Below, in pieces: positions 49,110-61,500 of a stretch of 64,000 nucleotides of DNA; the stretch's first letter is position 1, and each line of letters starts with the position of its first letter. Position numbers and translations under genes: made by a program. Location: contig NIVC01000735.1 of the NCBI GenBank assembly GCA_002269645.1, positions 248,001 through 312,000 on the forward strand. Reading direction: 5' to 3'. The notes beneath the pieces are model-generated. The model searched no databases and was not told where the DNA came from. It saw nothing but the letters and a program-made list of their open reading frames with translations. The stretch is from Macrostomum lignano. Lineage: Eukaryota.

Positions 49110-49700
49110 ATGAGGGGCGCCGCAGGGAGAGGGGAGGGGCGCCGCAAGGAGAGAGAAGGGGCGCCGCAGGGAGAGGGAAGGGGCGCCGCAGGGAGAGGGA
49201 AGGGGCGCCGCAAGGAGAGAGAAGGGGCGCCGCAGGGAGAGGGAAGGGGCGCGGTGAGGAGAGGGAAGGGGCGCGGTAAGGAGAGGGAAGGGGCGCGGTG
49301 AGGAGAGGGAAGGGGCGCGGTAAGGAGAGGGAAGGGGCGCGGTGAGGAGAGGGAAGGGGCGCGGTAAGGAGAGGGAAGGGGCGCCGCAGGGAGAGGGAAG
49401 GGGCGCCGCAGGGAGAGGGAAGGGGCGCCGCAAGGAGAGAGAAGGGGCGCCGCAGGGAGAGGGAAGGGGCGCCGCAGGGAGAGGGAAGGGGCGCCGCAAG
49501 GAGAGGGAAGGGGTGCCGCAAGAAGAGGGAAGGGGCGCCGCAAGGAGAGGGAAGGGGCGCGGTGAGGAGAGGGAAGGGGCGCGGTAAGGAGAGGGAAGGG
49601 GCGCGGTGAGGAGAGGGAAGGGGCGCGGTAAGGAGAGGGAAGGGGCGCGGTGAGGAGAGGGAAGGGGCGCGGTAAGGAGAGGGAAGGGGCGCGGTGAGGG
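49110..49700. repeat. Minisatellite, 22 bp G-rich GGGGCGCCGCAGGGAGAGGGAA / GGGGCGCGGTRAGGAGAGGGAA, about 27 copies
   Basis: Direct tandem copies; two variant types occur in blocks. Confidence 0.95.
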
Positions 49701-50261
49701 GATGAGGCAGCTGCCAAGGGAGCTGGAAGCTGATGCCTCTCCATCCAACCGAGAAGACAAGCAGATTTGCAACAAGCCGAAGCGCCATGGCTCGCCTCCA
49801 CACGGCACGGCGGCAATTAGAATGATGGTTAATATTTTCTTTAGCTTTGTTAGCAAAATCTAAAAACTAGATTGGCATATCAAGCAGTTCAAAAGATTCT
49901 GCAGTCTCATTTCCAGTCAAACAGATGAAGCTGAGAAGCTGGAGTTTGCGTGCGGAGGCTGGGCTGCCAGGCCTTCTCGATCTCCGAGCAGCCCTCGAGG
50001 GCCAGGAAGGCAGCGGCCCAGCCTCCCAATTCGCCTCTAATTACCTTTTGTTATCCGCGCCATTCCGCATGGCCTGGCCGAGTCAATTCGAGTCACAAAG
50101 GGAGCGGCCGGTACGACACGGAATTTTTAATGACTGCGGGAGGGTCGCGCTCGGGAAAATGTTGAAGGCCCCCCACCCCCCCAAGACTCGCTTATCCCGC
50201 TGTTAATAATCCTCTGCATTCAGATTCGTTAGACAATGAAGTTGGCCTAGTTGGCCCAGGG

Positions 50262-51797
50262 TAGTCAGAGTGGCGCCAGGGTAGTCAGAGTGGCACCAGG
50301 GTAGTCAGAGTGACACCAGGGTGGTCAGAGTGACACCAGGGTAGTCAGAGTGGCACCAGGGTGGTCAGAGTGGTGCCAGGGTAGTCAGAGTGACACCAGG
50401 ATAGTCAGAGTGAAACCCGGGTAGTCAGAGTGACACCAGGGTAGTCAGGGTGGCGCCAGAGTAGTCAGAGTGGCGCCAGAGTAGTCAGAGTGGCACCAGT
50501 AGTCAGAGTGGTGCCAGGGTAGTCAGGGTGGCGCCAGGGTAGTCAGGGTGGCGCCAGGGTAGTCAGAGTGGCGCCAGGGTAGTTAGGGTGGCGCCAGGGT
50601 AGTCAGGGTGGCGCCAGGGTAGTCAGGGTGGCGCAGGGTGGTCAGAGTGGCACCAGGGTGGTCAGAGTGGCGCCAGGGTAGTCAGAGTGGCGCCAGGGTA
50701 GTCAGAGTGACACCAGGGTAGTCAGGGTGGCGCCAGAGTAGTCAGAGTGGCGCCAGAGTAGTCAGAGTGGCACCAGTAGTCAGAGTGGCGCCAGGGTAGT
50801 CAGAGTGGCGCCAGGGTAGTCAGAGTGACACCAGGGTAGTCAGAGTGGCGCCAGGGTAGTCAGAGTGGCGCCAGGGTAGTTAGGGTGGCGCCAGGGTAGT
50901 CAGGGTGGCGCCAGGGTGGTCAGAGTGACACCAGGGTGGTCAGAGTGGCGCCAGGGTAGTCAGAGTGGCGCCAGGGTAGTCAGAGTGACACCAGGGTAGT
51001 CAGGGTGGCGCCAGAGTAGTCAGAGTGGCGCCAGAGTAGTCAGAGTGGCGCCAGGGTAGTCAGAGTGACACCAGGGTAGTCAGGGTGGCGCCAGGGTAGT
51101 CAGAGTGGCGCCAGGGTAGTCAGGGTGGCGCCAGGGTAGTCAGAGTGGCGCCAGGGTAGTCAGAGTGGCGCCAGGGTAGTCAGGGTGGCGCCAGGGTAGT
51201 CAGGGTGGCCGCCAGGGTAGTCAGGGTGGCGCCAGGGTAGTCAGAGTGGCCGCCAGGGTAGTCAGGGTGGCGCAGGGTAGTCAGGGTGGCGCCAGGGTAG
51301 TCAGGGTGGCCGCCAGGGTAGTCAGGGTGGCACCAGGGTAGTCAGGGTGGCACCAGGGTAGTCAGGGTGGCCGCCAGGGTAGTCAGGGTGGCGCAGGGTA
51401 GTCAGGATGGCGCCAGGGTAGTCAGGGTGGCGCCAGGGTGGTCAGAGTGGCGCCAGGGTAGTCAGGGTGGCGCAGGGTAGTCAGGGTGGCGCAGGGTAGT
51501 CAGGGTGGCGCAGGGTAGTCAGGGTGGCGCAGGGTAGTCAGGATGGCGCCAGGGTAGTCAGGGTGGCGCCAGGGTGGTCAGAGTGGCGCCAGGGTAGTCA
51601 GGGTGGCGCAGGGTAGTCAGGGTGGCGCAGGGTAGTCAGGGTGGCGCCAGGGTGGTCAGAGTGGCGCCAGGGTAGTCAGAGTGACACCAGGGTAGTCAGA
51701 GTGGCGCCAGGGTAGTCAGGGTGGCACCAGGGTGGTCAGGGTGGCGCCAGGGTAGTCAGGGTGGCGCAGGGTAGTCAGAGTGGCGCCAGGGTAGTCA
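50262..51797. repeat. Minisatellite, 20 bp GTAGTCAGAGTGGCGCCAGG, about 77 copies
   Basis: Direct tandem copies. Confidence 0.97.
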
Positions 51798-53239
51798 GCG
51801 CAGATGAGGCGGCTCTCCCACCAGCACCACAGCAGCTGGCGGAGCTGGTCAAAGTCGAATTCAACCTGGCGCAGCACGAAGGCAGCGGTGCCTCAAGTTA
51901 TGCCGCCCGCAGTCACTCAGAGGCGCTGCCTGCCTGCACGGCTGCGCAGTCGCGGAGGTGGCGGACGCAATCAAGAAGACAGCTCGGTAACGCTAAGCTG
52001 TGAGCATCTGCTCTCAATAGCGGAGACTGGGGGAGGAAGATGGCGCGTCTCTAAAGTGACTGCAGTTCAATTCCGCTTTTGAAATTCCACTCAGTTATTA
52101 TTATCCCCAGAGTGATGCGAGCTTAAGTGGGGCCTCTTTTCTCTTTCGCATTTTGTTTTGTTTTAAAAGCCTCTCCCGGGGATAAAAAAGCTACTGCTGG
52201 AGTTTTGACTCAGACAGAAAGCAGAGCGGAACAGTTTTTTCGGGCAGGAGTCTCAGCCGCTCGGCTCCCTAAGTGATGCCGCGCTAATCACGCCGGGGTC
52301 GCGCACAAGCCCCGCTTTGTCCCCGGACCACCTGAAGAGGCTGAACGCATCGCCCCATCGGTTCGGTCTGCTAAACTCAGGCCTTTCAAAAATCTATTCC
52401 CAGCTCCCAGCCCGAATGCTTTGTTCTGTGCCGGAGCACCAGCTCCTGATGCAGCAGGTTGGAGAGGCTGGGCCAAGTTGCCAGCCGGCTGTCATGCAGC
52501 TGCATTACAGAAAAAAGCGGGAGCTGAGCAGCCTGGCATGGCTGGAAGCTGCTGAGTAGCGAAGATTTCGTGGACACAAAAGAGTCGCTGAGGGCTGCTG
52601 CATGGCGCCTGTTGCTCGAGGCTCCCCGAGCCGCTCATTGAATTGCAGCGGCCACTCAGCCGCTGGGGAGTGGCGCTGGCTGAACTTTGGGCCGCTGAGC
52701 CTCCCTCACTTCCGATGCCATGGGAAGCGAGAGGTGAGGCGGGGGGGGCAGAGGGGAAGCGAGGCTCCGTGGCCAGGTATTGAAAGTTCAGGTCCGGGAT
52801 TTCAGAGGGGATCGAAGTTGCATCAATGCGCAGGGAGGCTGGGGCCGACACACTCGAGTGCCCCATCTGAGCCCGCGAGATTCTCCCAGTGTTGCTGGCA
52901 AAACTTTCACACTTTTTGCCCTTCAATCACATCTGGGTCCCAGGCTCGAGCCCCAGCCGGTCCAGCCTCCGCCAAGTCCGGATCTTCATCAAGTGAGATC
53001 CGCAGCTTCCTCGAGCTGAGCTCTTGAGCCAGCCAGCGCGCTAGAGTCTGGGGGGGGGGTTTAGAGCTGAGTTCGAGTTTACTGCAGAATTCTCTGCGCT
53101 CTCCCGACCCTGAGAGCCTTCGCCTGAGTGAATGGATGGGAAATCGATTCAGGGCATTCATTCAGAGTAAGTCCCCCGGGCATTGGGCTGCCCAGCCTCT
53201 TAGTCACAACTTTAATTGACTGCTAATTGGTCACCCTTG

Positions 53240-56010
53240 CACTGACCGTCCCCCTGGCATGGACCGTCACTCCTAGCATTGACTGTCACCCCTGGCACTG
53301 ACCGTCACTCCTAGCATTGACTGTCACCCCTGGCACTGACCGTCACTCCTAGCATTGACTGTCACCCCTGGCACTGACCGTCACTCCTAGCATTGACTGT
53401 CACCCCTGGCACTGACCGTCACTCCTAGCATTGACTGTCACCCCTGGCACTGACCGTCACTCCTAGCATTGACTGTCACCCCTGGCACTGACCGTCACTC
53501 CTAGCATTGACTGTCACCCCTGGCACTGACCGTCACTCCTAGCATTGACTGTCACCCCTGGCACTGACTGTCACTCCTAGCATTGACTGTCACCCCTGGC
53601 ATGGACCGTCACTCCTAGCATTGACTGTCACCCTTGGCATGGACCGTCACTCCTAGCATTGACTGTCACCCCTGGCACTGACCGTCACTCCTAGCATTGA
53701 CTGTCAACCCTGGCACTGACTGTCACTCCTAGCATTGACTGTCACCCCTGGCACTGACTGTCACTCCTAGCATTGACTGTCACCCTTGGCATGGACCGTC
53801 ACTCCTAGCATTGACTGTCACCCCTGGCACTGACCGTCACTCCTAGCATTGACTGTCACCCTTGGCATGGACCGTCACTCCTAGCATTGACTGTCACTCC
53901 TAGAATGAATTGTCACTCCTAGCATGGACAGTATGGACTGTCACTCCTAGCATGGACAGTATGGACTGTCACTCCTAGCATGGACAGGATGGACTGTCAC
54001 TCCGAGCATGAACTGTCACCCCTGGCACTGACTGTCACTCCTAGCATTGACTGTCACCCCTGGCACTGACCGTCACTCCTAGCATTGACTGTCACCCCTG
54101 GCACTGACCGTCACTCCTAGCATTGACTGTCACCCCTGGCATGGACCGTCACTCCTAGCATTGACTGTCACCCCTGGCACTGACCGTCACTCCTAGCATT
54201 GACTGTCACCCCTGGCATGGACCGTCACTCCTAGCATTGACTGTCACCCTTGGCATGGACCGTCACTCCTAGCATTGACTGTCACCCCTGGCACTGACTG
54301 TCACTCCTAGCATTGACTGTCACCCTTGGCATGGACCGTCACTCCTAGCATTGACTGTCAACCCTGGCACTGACTGTCACTCCTAGCATTGACTGTCACC
54401 CCTGGCACTGACTGTCACTCCTAGCATTGACTGTCACCCTTGGCATGGACCGTCACTCCTAGCATTGACTGTCACCCCTGGCATGGACCGTCACTCCTAG
54501 CATTGACTGTCACCCTTGGCATGGACCGTCACTCCTAGCATTGACTGTCACCCTTGGCATGGACCGTCACTCCTAGCATTGACTGTCAACCCTGGCACTG
54601 ACTGTCACTCCTAGCATTGACTGTCACCCCTGGCACTGACTGTCACTCCTAGCATTGACTGTCACCCTTGGCATGGACCGTCACTCCTAGCATTGACTGT
54701 CACCCCTGGCACTGACCGTCACTCCTAGCATTGACTGTCACCCTTGGCATCGACCGTCACTCCTAGCATTGACTGTCACTCCTAGAATGAATTGTCACTC
54801 CTAGCATGGACAGTATGGACTGTCACTCCTAGCATGGACAGTATGGACTGTCACTCCTAGCATGGACAGGATGGACTGTCACTCCGAGCATGAACTGTCA
54901 CCCCTGGCACTGACTGTCACTCCTAGCATTGACTGTCAACCCTGGCACTGACCGTCACTCCTAGCATTGACTGTCACCCCTGGCACTGACTGTCACTCCT
55001 AGCATGGACTGTCACTCCTAGAATGAATTGTCACTCCTAGCATGGACAGTATGGACTGTCACTCCTAGCATGGACAGGATGGACTGTCACTCCGAGCATG
55101 AACTGTCACCCCTGGCACTGACTGTCACTCCTAGCATTGACTGTCACCCCTGGCATGGACCGTCACTCCTAGCATTGACTGTCAACCCTGGCACTGACTG
55201 TCACTCCTAGCATTGACTGTCAACCCTGGCACTGACTGTCACTCCTAGCATTGACTGTCACCCTTGGCATGGACCGTCACTCCTAGCATTGACTGTCACC
55301 CCTGGCACTGACTGTCACTCCTAGCATTGACTGTCACCCTTGGCATCGACCGTCACTCCTAGCATTGACTGTCACTCCTAGAATGAATTGTCACTCCTAG
55401 CATGGACAGTATGGACTGTCACTCCTAGCATGGACAGTATGGACTGTCACTCCTAGCATGGACAGGATGGACTGTCACTCCGAGCATGAACTGTCACCCC
55501 TGGCACTGACTGTCACTCCTAGCATTGACTGTCAACCCTGGCACTGACCGTCACTCCTAGCATTGACTGTCACCCCTGGCACTGACTGTCACTCCTAGCA
55601 TGGACTGTCACTCCTAGAATGAATTGTCACTCCTAGCATGGACAGTATGGACTGTCACTCCTAGCATGGACAGGATGGACTGTCACTCCGAGCATGAACT
55701 GTCACTCCTGGCACTGACTGTCACTCCTAGCATGAACTGTCACTCCTGGCACTGACTGTCACTCCTAGCATGAACTGTCACTCCGAGCATGAACTGTCAC
55801 TCCCGGCACTGACTGTCACTCCTAGCATGAACTGTCACTCCTAGCATGAACTGTCACTCCGAGCATGAACTGTCACTCCGAGCATGAACTGTCACTCCGA
55901 GCATGAACTGTCACTCCCGGCACTGACTGTCACTCCTAGCATGAACTGTCACTCCTAGCATGAACTGTCACTCCGAGCATGAACTGTCACGCCCGGCACT
56001 GACTGTCACT
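53240..56010. repeat. Minisatellite of 19-bp monomers forming a 38-bp dimer (CACTCCTAGCATTGACTGT+CACCCCTGGCACTGACCGT) with higher-order blocks
   Basis: Largest array in the window. Confidence 0.97.
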
Positions 56011-57244
56011 AATAACACCGTCACCCAGTCCCAGCAACTAGTGGCGCTCATCCTACGAGTCACTGAAATTCCCCTCATCCCGCACAAGCAACGCCTTGCA
56101 AAAGCAGTGACAGAAATGAGTGGCCCTGCAGACTTGAGAAGTCTCAGCGCACATCCGGCCTGCCTGAGCAGCGCAGAAATCCCGCCCGATAAATTCTTCA
56201 ATGCCGATCGGAAAGCTGTCGGAGATGTCGAAGGAGAGGCTGCAGGTGCCGGCCCGCTAATTGCCGGGCGCACAAGAAGTTTCTGCCAGCCGATGCGGGC
56301 AGGGAGGCGGAGACGCCGAGAGTCGGGGGGGGGACACCGACTGGGATGAGCAGCGAGAGGCGGTGAATAATTTAAACTTTTCCGAACCGAAACCCGGGCC
56401 CGGGCTCGCAGTTTATTTTAATTATGCAGCGCATGAGAGGCTGGGAGAGATCAGATTAACAGTCGGCCACCTCCGACTCGCAAAGACGAAGAAAAAAGAA
56501 GGGAAAAACTGCTAAAGGCGATAAATTATTGAAGACTTTTCAAATTAACTTGCAGCACTTGTCTCCCAAGTTCCTCTCGAGGGCTTTCGTGTTTCTGCCG
56601 GCGCCGCAGCGCAGGCCTTTTATGACTGTTGCCGGGGCGCCGCCCCTTCCTGCCTCGGCTTCGCCATCCGAGCCGCGCCCTCCTCCCCTCCCAGATCCTC
56701 GCACCCAAGAAGAAGTGTTTCTTTTGCTCGGAGAAATAATTTTCTTTAAGCTCGCGCGCAAGAATACCAATTGAAAACATGGAGCGATCGGCAGAGAGGC
56801 TCAGCTCTGCAAAAGCGGGTACAAAATCTGGCACAACTTTCCCTCTGCTGCTCTGCACTGCTTTATTCAATTTTTGGAGAAATGGCTCAACCGCTTTGGA
56901 ACGCGGGCAGACAGGCGCTCGGGAATTCCCAGCTCAGACACTGTGGCAGATAATTGGCCTGCATTAAGCCGCATGCTCTCGGCAGGGGAACCTCAGCCAC
57001 CTGCAGAGGTGTTGAGCAAAAACTTGGCCAAGAAGACAATGAAAGCAAATGGCTTGCTTTCGGAATAACTGCAGCGTGTAGGCAGAGAGGAGAGCGAAAA
57101 ACGTTAAATGGGATCGAGTCAGGCAGCCGATCGGCCACCGCCTGCACACGGCGAAGCAGCAGCAAATCCCTCCTGTCTGACAAGTTCATTTGTATCAGTT
57201 TTATAAAGCTCATGGAATTTCTCGACAAGTTTCTGAGCTTCGCG

Positions 57245-57480
57245 TCTGACAAGTTCCAGATACTGTCTGACAAGTTCCAGATATCGTCTGACAAGTTCCA
57301 GATACTGTCTGACAAGTTCCAGATATCGTCTGACAAGTTCCAGATATAGTCTGACAAGTTCCAGATATAGTCTGACAAGTTCCAGATATAGTCTGACAAG
57401 TTCCAGATATAGTCTGACAAGTTCCAGATATAGTCTGACAAGTTCCAGATATCTTCTGACTGACAAGTTCCAGATATTAC
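57245..57480. repeat. Minisatellite, 21 bp TCTGACAAGTTCCAGATATAG, about 11 copies
   Basis: Direct tandem copies. Confidence 0.93.
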
Positions 57481-57995
57481 CAGACAAGCGCGGCATATTG
57501 ACTGCCTGGCTTATTGATACTATCTGACCAGGTCCTGACAAGATGCTGATGTCTGACAAGTTCCGCAGACAATCCCAGCCTGCAATGTCAGGCAAACGAC
57601 AAAGAGAGAGAGAGAGAGCAATAGTAAGCCCAAACTCAAGCTGTTACGTAACTCAAAGCATCCCTAATGAAATTGAAAGAAGCAAATAAAACAAAGGATT
57701 AAAATCGAATGGCAGGGTCACGTGATCAGCTCTGAATAAGTACACCAAGCTGAGCATGGAGAGCTCAGCACTCGCATTATGTAATCAAGTTCAATATTAG
57801 GCGTTGAAATTAATTTTATCCGCGTACCAAGTAAATAGGAAGAAAAAATGTTTCAAATACTACTTATAGGACAGAATCTAAGTAGATCTTAGTGAAAGCA
57901 TTGAATTATTGACAATATAAGCGATCATGGCATGCAAAACAAGGCGCTGAAGTGCAGGATTGGATGGAGATCAGCCCAGCCTGCCCCCCCCCCAC

Positions 57996-58553
57996 TCAGG
58001 CCGCGTGCTGCGGGCTGTCGCAGTCGGACGAGAACGTCAGCTTGTAGTCGGCTGGCCGCGGCCGGCACAGCTCCGCCGCTGAGCGCCGCTTCTCGCCGCC
58101 GTCCTCGTCGCCATTGGCGTCGCCGTCGTCCTCGGCGTTGCCCGACACGGACGATTCGTCATCCTGCGACCGCGGCGGCGGCAGCGGCTGGTCGGTGAGC
58201 AGCGAGGAGGACGGCGTGAGGGTGAAGTCGAGCAGGGAGGAGGGCGGGCTCGGGCCCACACCGGAAGAGCTGCGGGCCTCGGTCTCCAGGTCTGCGGCAG
58301 CCGCAGCGCCTGCCAGCTGTGCTCGCAGCGTCGGCGAGGCTGGCGCAGCTTCCGGACGGCGGCGCAGCATGCCGAGGACCTGCGGATCGCCGGTCAGCTG
58401 ATAGGGCGCCAGCTGCTGGCGGTTGCGCTGGTCAGGCGTGGCGCCGTGGCGCAGCAGCAGGTCGCACATGGCCGGGTAGCAGCCGCGGGCAGCCTCGTGC
58501 AGCGGGCTGTTGCCGCGGCCGTTCACCGAGTTCACCAGCCAGGCCGGCCCGGT
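57996..58553 (-). CDS. ANKRD27: ANKRD27 last coding exon
   Basis: gcccag|ACC; NSPLHEAARGC ankyrin repeat then an acidic tail; TGA at 57998-57996. Confidence 0.85.
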   Translation of the reverse strand, partial: TGPAWLVNSVNGRGNSPLHEAARGCYPAMCDLLLRHGATPDQRNRQQLAPYQLTGDPQVLGMLRRRPEAAPASPTLRAQLAGAAAAADLETEARSSSGVGPSPPSSLLDFTLTPSSSLLTDQPLPPPRSQDDESSVSGNAEDDGDANGDEDGGEKRRSAAELCRPRPADYKLTFSSDCDSPQHAA

Positions 58554-61500
58554 CTGGGCGGCGGCGGTGGGGGGAATAAATCAAATTAACACGCGATTCA
58601 TACTACTGACGAAAATTGATAGGCATTTTTTGCTCAATTTTGATAAAACTGTCTAAATTGAACAGCGGCTGTCTCTAGATTGAACAGTGGCTGCCTCTAG
58701 ATTGAACAGCGGCTGTCTCTAGATTGAACAGCGGCTGTCTCTAGATTGAACAGTGGCTGCCTCTAGATTGAACAGCGGCTGTCTCTAGATTGAACAGTGG
58801 CTGTCTAGGTTGAACGGGAAAAGTACAATATGTACTACAAAGCAGAGGCAAAGCAATGAGCAGTCTGCTCACCTCCAAGATGACGCTGGCGCAGTCCACG
58901 TGGCCCTTCATGGCGCACAGATGCAGCGGCGTGTTGCCCTGGTTGTCCCTGGCGGCCGGGTCGCAGCCCCGGTGCAGCAGGAAGCGCAGCGCCTGCGGCC
59001 GGCTGTGCTGGCAGGCGAAGTGGACGGGCGTGAAGCCGCCGGCGCGGGTGCGGCAGTCCGGGGCGGCCCGGCGGTCCAGCGCAAAGCCGGCCAGCCGGGT
59101 GTGGCCGTGGATGGCGGCCACGTGCAGCAGGGTGAAGCCATCGCTGCTGGCCGAATTCACCGTCAGGGCGGGCGGCGCCGGGGCGGCGGAGCTGCGGCCG
59201 CTGGCGTCGAACGGCGAGGAAGCGGCTGCGGCGGTCTGCAGTGGGGCGCAGCGGTCGCACTGGCACAGCGGGTGGCACAGGCTGCTGGGTGACGGAGCCA
59301 CCGCCTCTTCCGTGGCCTCGGTGGCCGTCGCCGACGACGCTCCGTCCAGATCGGCGTCGACGTCCTCGTCGGCTTCGTTGTCCGCGCCGCCAGGCGGCAG
59401 GCCGAGGTAGTGCCGCACCAGCTGAATGTCGCCGTCGGCAGCCGCGCGGAGCATCTTCTCCACGCGCTGCTGCTGCTGCTGGAGGCCGGCGGGCTCAGAC
59501 TGCGGCGGCGCCGACATCCTGGACGACGACAGAGACGAAGGGCGACGCGGCGACGTCGGCTGTTTCGGCTGGACCGGAGCCGGCGATGGCGGCCGCTCGG
59601 CCTCGGGTTTTTTAGCGACCGTTGGCGTCGCCGTTGCCTGCGAAGCCGCCTTCGGTCGTCGGCTGTTGGCGGCGTTGGCCGCCGCGGTGGCCAGGAGTTC
59701 GACCACGTGCGGGCTGGCGGCTACGCCGGACGGCGCCTGGCCGCGCCGATTGACGGTGCGCGGATCGGCGCCGCAGGAGACCAGGAAGGCGACGATCTGG
59801 CGGTAGCTCCACCTGGCCGCCATGTGCAGCGGGGTGTCCTCGGTGACGGCAGTGCGGATGCTCACGTTGCAGCTGGGGTTGAAGGCCAGGGCCTGGGCCA
59901 CCTCCAGACTGCCGCGGTCTGCGCCGTAGTGCAGCGGCGCCATGCCTTCGCAGTCCAGCAGCGAGAGGTCGCAGCCGCTGTGAAGCAGCAGCAGGCAAAC
60001 CTCGTGGTGGCCATTCATGGCGGCCAGGTGAAGGCCGGTGGCGCCTGAGAAGTCCAGGGCGCAGGGGTCGGCGCCGGAGTCCAGCAGCAGCTGCACGACC
60101 TCGAGATGGCCATAGAATGCGGCGCAGTGCAGCGCTGTGAATCATGGGTGGGAGTTGATTGGAAGTTATTTCCAAAATTTTCTTGCATATACAAATTCCC
60201 GCTCTATAATGTAATTTTCGAAACATATCGGCTGGCACCAAAAAATTGTTTATTAAAATGGCTTCAAATACACATTTTGCTAAAAAATGAATAAAATTGG
60301 AAAATCTCTTAAAATGATGCTGAAAACAAAGAAAATTTTGATACGTTCTTTGCAAATATGTCGGCGTTAATTAAAATTTTTAGAAAAAATTAATCAAAAA
60401 GAGAAAAAAATCTTGTCAGAAGTGGGATTCGAACCCACGCCCTCAGAAGAGGACTGCGACCTGAACGCAGCGCCTTAGACCACTCGGCCATCCTGACTCG
60501 AAAATTGCCAGCGCCGAATAGCCATTTTATGTGTCTGGGGCTCGAGCTGGCGGTTTGCCTGCTGCCACTGCCAGCCTGGGAAGCAGCCGCCGCCAACCGC
60601 TAATCCAATTAGACGGCATTTTCCCTGTCTTTGGCTTCTTCCTAACTCGCGTTGCAGACGCACTGGCAGCAATAAACTGCATTGCGCAAATATTGCCAAC
60701 GAACTCATAAACAAAGAACCCTTGGGAGTGGGACAATATATAATTACGGTTGGATAGCAATAAAAAAACGGGAAACTCGGTCACAGACTTCACAGAGAGG
60801 CAATTCGTATTCCACAATATTGCGACCTGTTGTCTGTTTAGCAGAACGCAATAAAGCTACTCTAATTAAATTTAATTCAAGACGGACAAAAAACAAGAAA
60901 AAACCATCGACTCCGGAACCTGTATTTCCTAGAAACTGAATCTCGTTATAACAAAATAATTAAATATCTACATGCCACTCCCGAGGCTAGAAGCTACAAA
61001 TTTACAAGTAATTTGATGAAGCTGTTAGATTGAAACAGGAAATTGAAAAAATCGCCGCCTGAAAAAATTGATCATCTTCATTGAAAAAGTTATAAACGAC
61101 AGATTTTCCGGTGTTATTAGGCACGTGCATGTTCTAAACATTTGAAATTATTGGTTGAATATGAAATTTTTGGCTTGCCAGAAAACGGAAACAAAAACGG
61201 ATTATGAAAAACTATGGCCTATACGTGGATCGGAGGCTGTGCGTGACCACAAAAGCGCTAATTGCAATGCGGCCAGCGCAATTAGCTGCTGGGGAGTTCA
61301 GAACAGACAGTCGAAAGGAAAGCCAATCGAGCTAAAGTGCTCATCAGGATGCAGCTCAAGGGAAATTGCTATTCAGCACACGAAGTTAGAATAGAAGGAA
61401 GAATCCGAAGGTCCCCAGATCCCACAACTCAATAAGCGCCAGGAATTTGAAGGTGTCTGAAGAGCTCAAGGAGTTTCTAGACCATTATAATTCTCCCTGC

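Noticed and set aside
56859-56879. Sm-site-like AATTTTTGG suggesting an snRNA or SL RNA
   Set aside because: No recognisable U snRNA or spliced-leader sequence or stem-loops flank it.
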